Of a stretch of 64,000 nucleotides of DNA, positions 25,290-37,750 are shown one piece after another (the first letter of the stretch is position 1; each line of letters starts with the position of its first letter). Below the pieces are notes generated by a model that saw only the letters and a list, made by a program, of their open reading frames with translations, searched no databases and was not told where the DNA came from. The stretch spans positions 99,774,699 to 99,838,698 of the forward strand of contig NC_092382.1 in NCBI RefSeq assembly GCF_030028105.1, given 5' to 3'. Origin of the DNA: Mobula birostris. Lineage: Eukaryota. Position numbers and translations under genes: made by a program.

Positions 25290-27870
25290 GCTAAGGGTTC
25301 AAGACCAATATAAAACAGTAATGGACTACGAAGACATCGCTGCTTACTGCCCCGAATTAAGCGAAAAAAGAGAAAACAAATTCTTCAATTGGTTAATTCA
25401 TACTCTATATGTGCTAAACATGCGTTGATACAATTTAAAATAGTGCATAGGGCCCATAGGGCCTATTTGAAATTTTGAGGGTATGGAATCTTTATGCTCC
25501 TGTTAGGCTGAAAGGAAAGGTTAAACGTTTGAGAGAGCCATGGTTTTCAAGGGATATTGGAAAATTGGTGCGAAAAATGAGAGATATCTACTATAAATAT
25601 AGGCAGCATGGAGTAAATGAGGTGCTCGAGGAATTAAAGAATGTAACAAAGAATCTTAGGAAAGAAATCAGAAAAGATAAAAGAAGATATGAGGTTGCTT
25701 TAGCAAATAATGTGAAAATAAATGTCAAGGGTTTCTGCAGTCATATTAATAGCAAAAGGATAGTGAGTGATAAAATTAGTCCCTTAGAGAATCAGTGTGG
25801 ACAGCTATGTGTGGAGCCAAAAGAGATGGGGGAGATTCTGAACAATTTGGGAACTATGATGATTAAAGAAGAGGAAGTTCTGGCTCTTTCACGGAATATA
25901 AAATTTTATCCGTCTCCTGATCCTGACAGGATATTCCATAGGAACTTGAGGGAAGTGGGTGTGGAAATAGCAGGGGCTCTGACAGAAATATTTCAAATGT
26001 TATTAGAAACGGGGATGGCGCCGGAAGATTGGCTTATTGCTCATGTTGTTCCATTTTTTAAAAAAAAAGGGTTCTAAGGGTAAACCCAGCAATTATCGGT
26101 CTGTGAATTTGACGTCACTGGTGGGCAAAGTGATGGAAAGTGGTCTTAGAAATGGTATATATAATTATCTGGATGAACAGGGTCGCATTAGGAACAGTCA
26201 ACATGGATTTGTGCGTGGTAGGCAATATTTGACAAAATCATATTGAATTTTTTGAAGAGGTTTCTAGGAAAGTTGACGAGGGTAAAGCGATGGATGTTAT
26301 CTATATGGACTTCAGTAAGGCCTTTGACAAAGTTTCACATGGAAGATTAGTTCGGAAGGTTCAATCGTTGGCTATTAACATTGAAGTAGTAAAATGGATT
26401 CATAGTGGCTGGATGGGAGACGCCAGAGAGTAGTGCTGGATAACTGTCAGATTGGAGGCCGTTGACGAGCAGTGTTGGTCAGGGATCTGCACTGGGTCCA
26501 ATGTTGTTTGTCATATACATTAATTTTCTAGATGATGGGGTGGTAAATTCGATGAGTACGCATGCAGATGACACTTAGATAGGTGGCGTTGTAGATAATG
26601 AAGCGGGTTTTCAAAGCTTGCAGAGAGATTTAGCCAACTTAGAACAGTGGGCTGAAAGACGGCAGATGGAGTTTAATGCTGATAAATGTGCGCAGCTACA
26701 TTTTGGTAGGGCTAATCAAAATAGGGCATACATGGTAAATGGTAGGGCACTGAAAAATGCAGGTGAACAGAGGTATCTCGGAATAATGGTGAACAGTTCC
26801 CTGAAGGTCAAATCTCATGTGGATAGGAAGGTGAAGACAGCTTTTGGTATGCTGGCCTTTATAAATCAGCGCATTGAGTATATGAGTTGGGATGTAATGT
26901 TGAAATTGTAAAAGGCACTGGTGAGGTTAAATTTGGAGTATAGTGTACAGTTTTGGTCACCGAATTATAGGCAAGATGTCAACAAAATAGAGACAGTACA
27001 GTGAAGATCTACTAGAATGTTACCTGGGTTTTATCACCTAAGTTCCAGAGAAAGGTTGAACAAGTTGTGTCTTTATTCTTTAGAGCGTAGAAGGTTGAGG
27101 GGGGACTTGATAGAGGTATTGAAAATTATGAGGGTGATAGATAGAGTTGACTTGGATAGACGTTTTCCATTCAGGGTGGGGGAGAGTCAAACAAGAGGAC
27201 ATGAGTTGAGAGTTAATGGAGAAAAGTTTAGGGGTAACATGAGGGGGAACTTCTTTACTCAGAGAGTGGTAACTGTGTGGAACGAGCTTCCAGCAGAAGT
27301 GGTTGAGGCAGGTTCGATGTTGTCGTTTAAAGTTAAATTGGACAGATATATGGACAGGAAAGGAATGGGGGGTTATGGGCTGAGTGCAGGTCGGAGGGAT
27401 TAGGTGAGAGTAAGAGTTCGGCACGGACTAGAAGGGCCGATATGGCCTGTTTCCGTGCTGTAATTGTTATGTGGTTATATGTTTAAAGCTAAATTAGCTC
27501 GTTATTACACTCCTATAAATCCTGTTTCTGATCGACGCCTCTCCGAGATAGCTTCTTTCACTCACACGTTTTTGTCATGTCTTTTTTTGAAAAAAAAAAA
27601 ATACCGGAAAGATATATTTGGTATTATTTCCACTGTTCTGAGTATTGATTTACAACCTCACCCGATTACCGGAATTTTTAGTTTACCAATATTAGAACTG
27701 AATCAGTTAACCTTTCTGCTCCTCGGATGAAACATTCCTTACACTAATGGCTGGAAGATCCATTTTGCTGAATTGGAACGAGATCAATCCTCCCACCATA
27801 TTCCTTTGGCTCGCTCAAACTATGTTGTGTTTAAACTTAGGAAAAACAAATAGAAGTGTCAGCATCCATT
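25290..27870 (+). mobile_element. L1-type ORF2 3' fragment interrupted by a CR1 insertion (CR1 about 25470-27480)
   Basis: Left flank encodes SICAKHALIQFKIVHRAH and right flank resumes MFKAKLARYY; the CR1 between them has RT remnants (ORFs 25475-26077, 26618-26911, 27017-27403) and a gttatgtggttat tail. Confidence 0.8.
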
Positions 27871-28549
27871 TTCAGAGGACTGGGACATAAGAGCAACTCT
27901 TCAGCAACCTATTAATCTGGATACTCTTCCTAGTTTCCGCCTCACAAGCACGTGGCTCGGGCAGCCAGTCCTGGAGGTGCTGCCTTGTAACTTGGCCCTT
28001 ATCTCCAGGAACTGGCAGTGCGGGACATCGTCAGTTTTCGTGCCCATGTCATTGGTACCTCAATGTGTCACGATTTCGAGCTGTTCGCACTGCCATTTAA
28101 GAATGCTGAGGACTCGATCCGAGATATCCCTGATGTTGTCGCGACAGAGCCACCTGTCCGCACCACTAAAGAATATCCTATCGCCACGTCATGACTTTCA
28201 CATTGCCGCCCCTCCCCCCACACCCCACCCCCACAGTCACCGCTCAACGCCCACTTCCCTTCTGAGTCACAGAGGCAAACTAAGTGCCTGAGACCCGAAC
28301 AATGAGACTGAACACTGTCAGCTGATCCTCCTGACCCCAAACTCCGCGACGGCATCCAAACTGTTGAGGGAGATGGCCAGAGGGGTGCTCTCCCCTGGCC
28401 CCTTCAGCCGTTTCTCCTTTATCCCTGTTAAACAGTCTCCTGTGCCCGGCGTCCCGGGTGTAACTGCCTCTCTATATGTTCCGGCCATCACCACTTCAGC
28501 CTTTGGAAGGAACTGGAGCTCCATTCCTTTCCTGTTATTTTCCTGTTAT

Positions 28550-30046
28550 ATATAATATAGCTGTTAATTTCCTTTTGTACAATTTTAGAGTGAATAAAAA
28601 AGGAAAGGAGCACCATGTAAACGTTTGGGTACCCCAAGAGATTTGAGCACTTTGATAACTTTTACCAAGGTCTCAGACCTTAATTATCTTCTTACGGCTA
28701 TGGCTTGTTCACAGACATCGTTCGGAAAGGCCGTGTAATGAAAATTTCAAAGCTTAAGAATACCTAGACTCCTCAAACCTTCTCTCAACAATCAGCAGCC
28801 ATAGGGACCTCTAAGCAACTGCCTAGCACTCTGAGAATTAAAATAAATGATGCCCACAAGACAGTTGAAGTCTAAGAGAAGATAGCAAAGCGTTTTCAGG
28901 TAGCCGTTTCCTCAGTTCGGAATGTAATTGAGAAATGGCAGTTAATAGGAACGCTGGGGGTCAAGTTAAGGTCTGGAAGAACAAGAAATCTTTCCGAGAG
29001 AACTGCTCGTGAGGTTGCAAAAAGGGGAATTTAAAACCCCCATTTGACAGCAAAACACCTTGGGGAAGATTTAGCAGACTCTGGAGTGGTGGTGCGCTGT
29101 TCTTCTGTGCAGCGACACCTGCACAAATATGATCTTCCTGGAAGAGTCATCAGAAGAAAACCTTTCCTGCATCCTCACCACAAAACTCAGCGTCAAAAGT
29201 TTTTTAAGGAACATCCAAACAAGCGTGATGTATTTTGGAAACAAGTCCTGTGGACTGATGAAGTTAAAATAGAACCTTTTGGCCGCAATGAGCAAAGGCA
29301 TGTTGGGGCAGACAAACGGTGCAGACTTTCATGAAAAGTACACCTCTGCAGCTGTTAAGGACGGCGGTGGGTCAATCATGCGTTGGGGTTGTACCGCAAC
29401 CTGTGGGACGGGGAACATTTCACTGGTAGAAAGAACAATGAATTCAGTTAAATACAGGCAAATGCAGGAAGCAAACATCACACCATCTGTAAAAACGCTG
29501 AAGTTGAAAGGAGAATGTCTGTTACACCAGCATAATGATCCTAAACACGCCTCGAAATCCACTATGGATTACCTCAAGCGGCACAAGCTGAAGATTTGGA
29601 CATGGCTCTCACAGTTCCCCGACCTAAACATCATCGAAAGAAAAAACTGTAGATAGACCTCAAAAGAGCAGTGCATGCAAGACGGCCCAAGAATTTTACA
29701 GAACTGCAAGGCTTTTGCAAGGAAGAAAGGGCGAAAATCCCCCAAACAAGAATTGAAAGACTTTTAGCTGGCTACAGAAAGCGTTGACAAGCTGTAATAC
29801 TTTCCAAAGGGGGTGTGGCTAAGTACTGACCACTCAGTGTGCCATCTAGATTGTCTCAGGCCCTATTCCTCTTTGTTAGTTTGAAACTGTAAAATATGGA
29901 AATTATAAAATAATCTTGCTTAAAATATTAAAGAAATGCGTCATCTTTAACTTTAGGCCTTTTGGAAATCTGGTCATCTTTTACTGGCTTAGCGATTCAC
30001 AGTTACAGAACTTTTGACCGGGGTGCCAAAACTTTGCATGCCACTG
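28550..30046 (+). mobile_element. Tc1/mariner DNA transposon, left end truncated, transposase broken
   Basis: About 28800-29829 encodes LPSTLRIKI, RVIRRKPFL, VLWTDEVKIE, GGGSIM, HNDPKH, SQFPDLNIIE, KGGVAKY*; right TIR ...ggggtgccaaaactttgcatgccactg followed by TA at 30047-30048. Confidence 0.9.
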
Positions 30047-30267
30047 TATGCAACTGTAATCTTTTAGAACTATCTTTGCAATAATTACTTTTTATCTGTG
30101 GATATCATAATTGTGTTTTTTGTTTATTTTCTGCGTGTACCTTCCTTTCCAAACTGGTTGCATATCAGTGCCCAGCTGTGTGTCAATAAGTGTCTCAATT
30201 TTGTGTCCATTTACATACGGCACGCATCCCTGGCGAGCCGGCTGCTGGGATTATTAGATACACTTCC
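29885..30267 (+). repeat. 383-bp direct repeat, copy A
   Basis: Aligns end to end with 33697-34080, about 95% identical by eye. Confidence 0.92.
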
Positions 30268-33200
30268 TTTTTTTTTTTAATTTTATTTTTATTTGGATAA
30301 GGAATTCACAAATATCATGTACTTTTTTCACACATATAACCTTTTCCATTTTTTATATGTATAAAACTACAATTATTTATACATTCTTAAGTACACATTG
30401 AGATGATATAAAAGGAAAATAAACATTTAAATAGATAATTATGTACTGTGGTAAATCTAACCTATTAGGCTAAGTAATGGAATTAGTTGCTAAGAAAAAT
30501 GGTAATAATAGTTTCCATATAACCCTCCTGGACCATTTCCAGTGGTCCAAAATGTTGTATATAAGCCTATGTACCAACCATTGTAGGTGTTTATATCCTA
30601 AATTGTTCATGCTTGCTCCTGCCCGCGGACATAATTATCCAATCCCTATGTACTTATTTACTTATTTTTTATACCTTTCCCAAATCTTTCCCTTTACTTG
30701 TGTTAATTCTCTATTTTCCAAAAGAAAACAAAAAAAAAACAAACAAACATTTAGACTAGGGGTGCTTACGTTAGCAATATTACTGTGTTGATGAAATGAG
30801 CAGTATAATTCATTAGGAGAGTCATCTAAAGTCTGCTCGCATTGGGGTTATATATTCAATCCATTTATTCCAGATTTGATATTTTTTTTTCTTTTTGCGT
30901 TCTCAGGGAGTAAGTCAACTTTTCCATTTTAAATATTTCCAAGATAATTTTGTACCAATCTTCTAATTTAGGTGGTATTGGATTTACCCATTTTCTAGTG
31001 ATTGATTTCTTACTTGCCGCTAAGAGGGCCTGCAGCAACTTTATATCTTCCTTGTGTTCAAGAAACAATACATGCTCCAAATAGAGCGTCTCAAAGTTCA
31101 GAGGTATCTGGGACCTAAGTACCTTAACTAATGTTCTATGAATACCTTCCCTAAATAGACTTAATTTAGGGCAATCCCAGAAATTATGAAAATGATTTGC
31201 CTCCTTGGAGCTGCACCTTCTCCAACACATCACATTTGTATCTTTATATTTTTCCTGATATGGGGTCTTGAAGTATCTTATGATGTTTTTCCAACAATGT
31301 TCTCTCCAAGTCAAAGAATTAGTCGGGGACCATTGAAAGCTGCAGATCTCCCCCCAAACCTCCTCTGGAAGTACCAACTCCGCTTCTTTCTCCCACTTCT
31401 CTTTAATATACAGTGTATTTACATTTTTAGCATGGGAGAGTGCATTATATAATCGAGAAACTGATTTACTAGGTATTGAACTGCAAGCCGAATTCAGAAT
31501 CTTGAAAAATTCTAATTCTACGTTTGATAGGTCTGTATATCTACAACTCTGGTTAACATAGTTTCATACTTGAAGGTACCTAAAAAAGTCATTATGTTCT
31601 AGGCCATGCTTGTTTTGCAGGATTTGGAAACTTTGTAAAACTCTTTTATCTATAAATGAGAGGTAGGTTGTAAGACCTTTCTTCATCCATAGCTCAAATC
31701 TTTTATCTCCTCTGTTGGGAAGGAATTCGGTGTCATATGCACACCATCTAAAGAGTTTTAACATGTTATTAATTCCACATGAATTAACCACCTTCTGCCA
31801 TACTTTTAATGTAAGATTTATCCAAGCGTTTTTAATTTTTTCCAACTGGGCCATCAATCCATTGTCAGCTATTGAGGCCTGAAGAGGAAAACTGTCAACT
31901 AATCCAAATTCTATTTCCTTCCATCTAGCCTTATATTCCCTATTACACCAATATAACAGAGGGGTTATCTGTGAGGCATAAAAATAATTTCTCAGGAAAG
32001 GAAGAACCATACCTCCTCCTTCCTTTTCTAACTGTAAGGTGTTATATCGAATTCTAGGTTTCTTTCCTTGCTAAATGAAGCGGGAAATCCATTTGTCCCA
32101 TTCCCTGAATTGATTATCATCCACCTCCACTGGTAAAGTACGGAAAAGATACAATAACCGAGGAAGAATATTCATTTTTATAGTATTTATCCTTCAATTT
32201 AATCTTAAAAAGGGGATAGGATTCCATCTATGCACATCTGCTTTTATCTCTGAGATTAATGGCCCATAATTTAGCTGTGACAATGTTGAAAGATCCTTCG
32301 GCAGGGTTATTCCTAAATAGTTTAATGATTTAGCTTCCCACTTAAGATCGTATGTATCCTGCAATATTTTGGATGGTGTATAATTTAAGGACATAACCTG
32401 CGTTTTCTTTACATTTATTTTATAACCTGATATTTTCCCAAAGTCATCCAACAGTGTAAACAATCCTATAAATGATTTTTCTGGTTCACTCAGATAGACC
32501 AAAACATCATCTGCGAATAACGCCACTTTCTGTTCAATCCCTGCCACCTTGACACCTTTTACGATTACGCTCTGTCTTATTAGTTGGGCAAGCGGTTCAA
32601 TATATAGCGCAAAAAGGAGAGGAGAAATTGGGCATCCCTGTCTAGTGCCTCTCTCTAAGCTGAAGGAGTCAGAGAGGTCCCAATTTATCTTAATTCGGGC
32701 TGTAGGGCTGTCATATAGAGTCTGAATTACTTTAATAAACTTTTCTTGAAAGCCCAATCTTCCTAACACTCTTAATAGAAATGCCCAACTAACCGAATCA
32801 AAAGCTTTCTCAGCGTCCAATCCTACTACCATTGTCTCAGTCTCGTTCTTATTAACCTGTTCTAATATGTGCAGAGTTCTCCTTATGTTGTCCTGTGTTT
32901 GTCTTTGCTGAATAAATCCAGTCTGGTCTAAGTGGATTAGGCCAGGTAAAAGCTTTTCCAATCTGCGCGCTAATATAGTTGTAAATAGTTTGTAATCTAA
33001 ATTAAGAAAACTTATTGGCCGATAATTGCCACATTCTAGTTTATCTTTACCCTCTTTAGGAATAACTGAAATAACCGCTTCTCTCCAGGAAGGTGGAGTT
33101 TCTCCTCTCTGCAAGATCCAATTAAAGGTGTTAAGTAGTAATGGGTCTAACTGTGTCTTCAGGGACTTGTACCACTCTTAGGTAAACCCATCAGAACCCG

Positions 33201-33696
33201 GGGACTTTCCAGTCTTTAACCTAGAGATGGCCACGTTCAGTTCTTTGACAGTTACTGATTCTAATAAACTTTCATTTTGTAAATCTGTAAGTTTAGGTAG
33301 ATCTAAAAAAATTCAATACACTGTCTATATAGGGCTCATTGGGGGCCCGGGGTTGGGAGTACAGCTCTCGATAATATGTTTCAAAACTCTCTTGAATTTT
33401 CCCTATTGTACTCTCCACAAGCTTTGTCTTTGGATTCTTTATTTTATGAATTGTATTGTCTGCTTGTTGTTTTCGTAATTTATATGCTAATAATCTAGCT
33501 GATTTACCTCCTACTTCATAATTCTTTTGTCTCAGGTAAAAATATCGTATATTTCACTTTGCAATTTCCTAATTTCCTGTTTTCGATTTGAATTACTTTT
33601 GTTGCTATCCTCTCCAGTAGCGACTCCGGTTGGGTGATAACTTTAATAGGTAGTCCCCGTCCGCCAGGTCCAACGTTGCCTCCTCCACCGTAGCGT
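30268..33696 (-). mobile_element. L1/Tx1-type LINE, 5'-truncated and internally deleted
   Basis: RT ORF 32194-33114 (NYRPISFLNLDYK, LDAEKAFD, GTRQGCPISP, LFADD); C-terminal CWRRC..EANHFH.FWDC; poly(T) on + at 30268-30278. Confidence 0.92.
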
Positions 33697-34080
33697 AACT
33701 GTAAAATATGGAAATTATAAAGTAATCTTGCTTAAAATAGTAAAGAAATGCGTCATCTTTAACTTTATGCCTTTTGGAAATCTGGTCATCTTTTACTGGC
33801 TTAGCGATTCACAGCAACAGAAATTTTGACCGGGGTGCCAAAAGTTTGCATGCCAGTGTATGCAACTGTAATCTTTTAGAACTATCTTTGCAATATTTAC
33901 TTTTTATCTGTGGATATCATAATTGTGTTTTTGTTTATTTGCTGCGTGTACCTTCCTTTCCAAACTGGTTGCATATCAGTGCCCAGCTGTGTGTCAATAA
34001 GCGTCTCAATTTTGTGTCCATTTACAGACACGGCATGCATCCCTGGCGAGCCGGCTGCTGGGATTATTAGATACACTTCC
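33697..34080 (+). repeat. 384-bp direct repeat, copy B (second Tc1 right end plus flank)
   Basis: Matches 29885-30267; includes TIR end ...gcatgccagtg followed by TA at 33859-33860. Confidence 0.92.
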
Positions 34081-34347
34081 AATCTGCTTTTGTATCGCTT
34101 CTCTGACTGTCCGCCCATAAAGGGTTAACTGCACCGGTCATCCGTAGAACCTAATGAAGGGAGTGTCCGAGGGGATTGTCGACGTCACCGCGGAGGTGTG
34201 GCTGCTGGTTGTCTGCTCTCTTAATATGTCGCCCTCACAACGACAGTGTCAGTGAGAGCCGCCAGTCTACGCTATCAGAGACCAGCGGCTGCAGACAGCG
34301 AGAAGACAGAGACCGGGTGCCGAACAGGAATCTGGACTATCGCAGCA

Positions 34348-34528
34348 ATGGATTATAATCTGCGAAGTGCATCGCCCAGTGCCACGGGAATAGCGAGGAA
34401 TATTTTCTGGGCGTATCAATATCTTGTTGAATACCCCGAATGGCTGACGTTGGACTCTCGAATCACTCTTGCGCTTCTGACATTCCAACTGGTTTACTAC
34501 CCGGTACTCGCAATTGTAGCTCTGCTTG
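34348..34528 (+). CDS. GPR139-like GPCR copy 2, exon 1
   Basis: ATG 34348, MDYNLRSAS...YYPVLAIVALL; 181 nt with donor G|GTAAGC. Confidence 0.88.
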
Positions 34529-34639
34529 GTAAGCGTCTAGTCTCTTCCTGTTAATTGCGTTGAAAAATATAAGTCAGCCTCCCTTTCATACCTGTCCTCT
34601 AACGACTTGCTAGTTGCAAGACGGGACTTTCCAACCGGT

Positions 34640-35900
34640 ATCGCTTCATCAAGCATCGGCTGAGTGTGTTTGATACAGTACGTCATGGATATCTTATTGC
34701 GAGCGTAAGGAGACATGTGATCCAAGGGGACTTTGTTATGTGGATCGAGAGACGGCTTGCCCACAGAAGGCAAAGTGTTGTTACAGACTGTCGATTCTGC
34801 ATTGAGTTCGTTGACTAGCGTGTGCCTCAGGGATCTGTTCTGGCACCCCGACTCTTCGTGATGAGGAAGTGGAGCGATGGGTCAGTAATTTTGGTGATGA
34901 AAAAAGGTTGGGGGTGTTGTACGTAGTGTGGAGGGCTGTCAGAGGTTACTGCGGGACATTGATAGAATGAACAACTGCGTTAAGAAGGGTCAGATGGAGT
35001 TCAACACAGACAAGTGTGAGGTCGTTCTATTTGGTAGGTCAAATCTGATGGCAGAGTGTATTATGAACGGAAATAATTAAAATAATTAAGTAGTTCCAAC
35101 TTCTCACCAGGTCAAAAGCAGAAGGTCACGGGGGCATCATTACTGCCATGATCTGTCGGCGACGCACAGAGTGCAGAGGAAACTGACAGCGTGCAGTGGG
35201 ATTTTAATATGTTCACCGAATGTAACACGTTTTTGCTTGAATCACAAACGTTTAGTTTGCAGGTTCAGCAGGCTATCAATAAGGCAAATGGCATGTACGC
35301 CTTTGTTTCTCGAGGTATTGAGTTTAACAGCAGGGAGGTTCTGCTGCAACTGCACAAAGTACTGGTGAGGCGGCATTTGAGGAAATGTGCAGTTGTGGTC
35401 TCCCGACTTGAAGATGTGTAAATTAGCTGTGCCGGCGGTTCACCAGTTGATTCCAGAGATGAGGTGCTTCAGCTCCGAGGGGGAATTGAGTCGCCTGGGA
35501 TCGTACCCGCTGGAACTCAGAAGAATGAGAGGAAATCTTCTAGAATTATGGAATGGATAGAAAGATAGGAACAGTAAAGTTGTTTCCCCTATTAGGTGAG
35601 ACTAGAACCATGGAACATAGCCTGAGGATCCTGTGGAATAAATTGAGGATCGTGATGAGGACAAACGTCTTCTGTCAGAGGCTAGTGAATCTGTGGACTT
35701 CTCTGCTCAATGAAGCAGTGGAGGCTAGCTCAATAAATATATTGAAGACTGGCTGCCATAGCTTTTGCATCGTAGACGAATTAACGGGCTGAGAGGAAAA
35801 GGTAGTTATGCGGCGGTGAGTCCTTGGTCAGGTCAGCTATCATCATCTTCATTGCCAGATCACGCCAGTTCGAACAGATGGACTATTCCTGCTCCTATTA
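34640..35900 (+). mobile_element. Decayed CR1 in GPCR copy 2 intron
   Basis: Colinear with 11400-12850. Confidence 0.75.
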
Positions 35901-36824
35901 CTAAAGTTCTTGTGTTTTCTCTCGTCATTACAGTTGAAGGAAGTTGAATTACTGTCACCGGGATACTTGGTAATTAATTAGTTCATTATTCTCTCAACAC
36001 TTCCCGTTTGCAGCTCCTTCTTCTAGTGACAAAGATCAGAATACATTCCTTCAATCGGTTGCTATCTCTGCTTTGACCATAAGGTTCCGGAGCTAAATTC
36101 GGCCATTCGATCACCGAACCTTCCCCGCCATTCAATCGAAGCTGATTCATTATCGCTCTCAACCACATTCGGGCGCCCAGTCCCGTAGCCATCGACGACC
36201 CAATGAATCAAGCGCACATCTCGTCCTCTAACAATGGTTCAATGACCTGCCTCCCACAGCCGTCTGCGGCGATTAATTCCACACACTCACCTGTCTCGGT
36301 CTGAAGAAGTTACTACCCATCTCCGTTCTAAATAGATGTCCCATAGCCATCGGCGGCCCGATGAATGAATAGCCCATCATACCCCTCGGCAAATGGTTCC
36401 AATGAGCTGCACCGCCCCACCCCCCAACACCCCAGCCGTCTGTGGCGATGAACTCCACACATTCACCTGTCTTGGTTTAAATAATTTTCTACCCATCTCT
36501 GTTTTAAAGGGATGCCTTTCTATTTTGAAGCCTCGTCTGCAGGTTGCAGACTCCCCCACTGCACCAGCAACACTCTCAAAGTCCACGATATCTAGGCCTT
36601 TCAATGTTCCATAGTTTTCAATGCGATTCCCTTCATTCTTCTGAACTTCAGCAGGTACATTGCAATCACTACCAATTTAATAATTGCTTCCGATATTCTT
36701 CCGAGTAGATTCATTAACGCCATGTTCATCTCTGCTTTTGGAAGAGCTATAGATGAAAATAATTGTTTTCAGAAAATGCTTCCATCCAACTGCGTGTTAA
36801 TCTTCCATATCTCCCTCCGCACAG

Positions 36825-37750
36825 TGAACGTTGTGACAATCGTCATCCTGTCTCGGGGAAAGTGCGGTCTCTCCAAAGGCGTCACAAGGTACCTGGTTGC
36901 CATGGTAGCAGCGGATCAGCTCGTCGTTCTCTTCGATCTGGTATTGAGCAAAATTCCGCTGACTTACATGCCATTGGCGGATTTACTCTGGTCGGACCGA
37001 GTTCCCGTGTGTAATATCCACGCCGTTCTGTTCTACGCCGCCACGGACTGTTCTGTGTGGTTCACCGTCACTTTCACCTTTGATCGATTTGTCGCCATTT
37101 GTTTTCAGGAGCTGAAACGAAAATACTGCACCGGGCGAGCGGCGGCTCTGGTTCTGGGGACAGTGACTGTGCTGATCTGCGTAAAGAACATATTCTGGTA
37201 CTTTATGCTCACTGGGTCATATTCGTTAATAATTACGTCCGTGCTCTGTATGACTAGTCCCCGTTTCTTTTCCCCATCTCAGGAGGCAACATTTGAACTG
37301 ATGCATTTCTTCCTCAACCCAATATTCCCTTTTGCCCTGATTCTCCTGCTCAACAGTTTAACTATCAGGCACGTCTTGGTGGCCAGCCGACCCCGGAGGA
37401 GACTCCGCTGTTCGCGCAATGGCGAGACTCCCGCCGACCCGGAGATGAAGAACCGCCGTCAGTCCCTCCTGCTACTGCTGGTGATGTCGGGGAATTTCAT
37501 CCTGCTGTGGGCGTTGCTGACGGTGTATTCCGTATGGGATTGCGTGCATTTTTACAATTTCGGGAAACTCCCGAATTCTCTGCGGGAGCTGGGCTACATT
37601 CTGCAACTGCTGAGCTGCTGCACCAACACGGCCCTTTACGCCGTGGTCCAGTCCAGGTTCAGGGTACAGCTGAAGGAGACAGTGAGATCGCCCTTCAGTC
37701 TCATGGCAAAGTTTACTCGGCGTTGTCAGAATTGCATTAATTCTCAGTAA
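36825..37750 (+). CDS. GPR139-like class A GPCR copy 2, exon 2; spliced product 368 aa, intact
   Basis: Acceptor ccgcacag|tg; open to TAA 37748-37750; hydrophobic TM segments, FDRF motif, TM7 NTALY; the family call is from recalled similarity to the expanded chondrichthyan GPR139-like receptors. Confidence 0.88.

Noticed and set aside
17184-27480. Inverted pair of similar CR1 copies as one composite element
   Set aside because: Each has its own 3' tail, different deletions and different flanks, so they are independent insertions of one subfamily.
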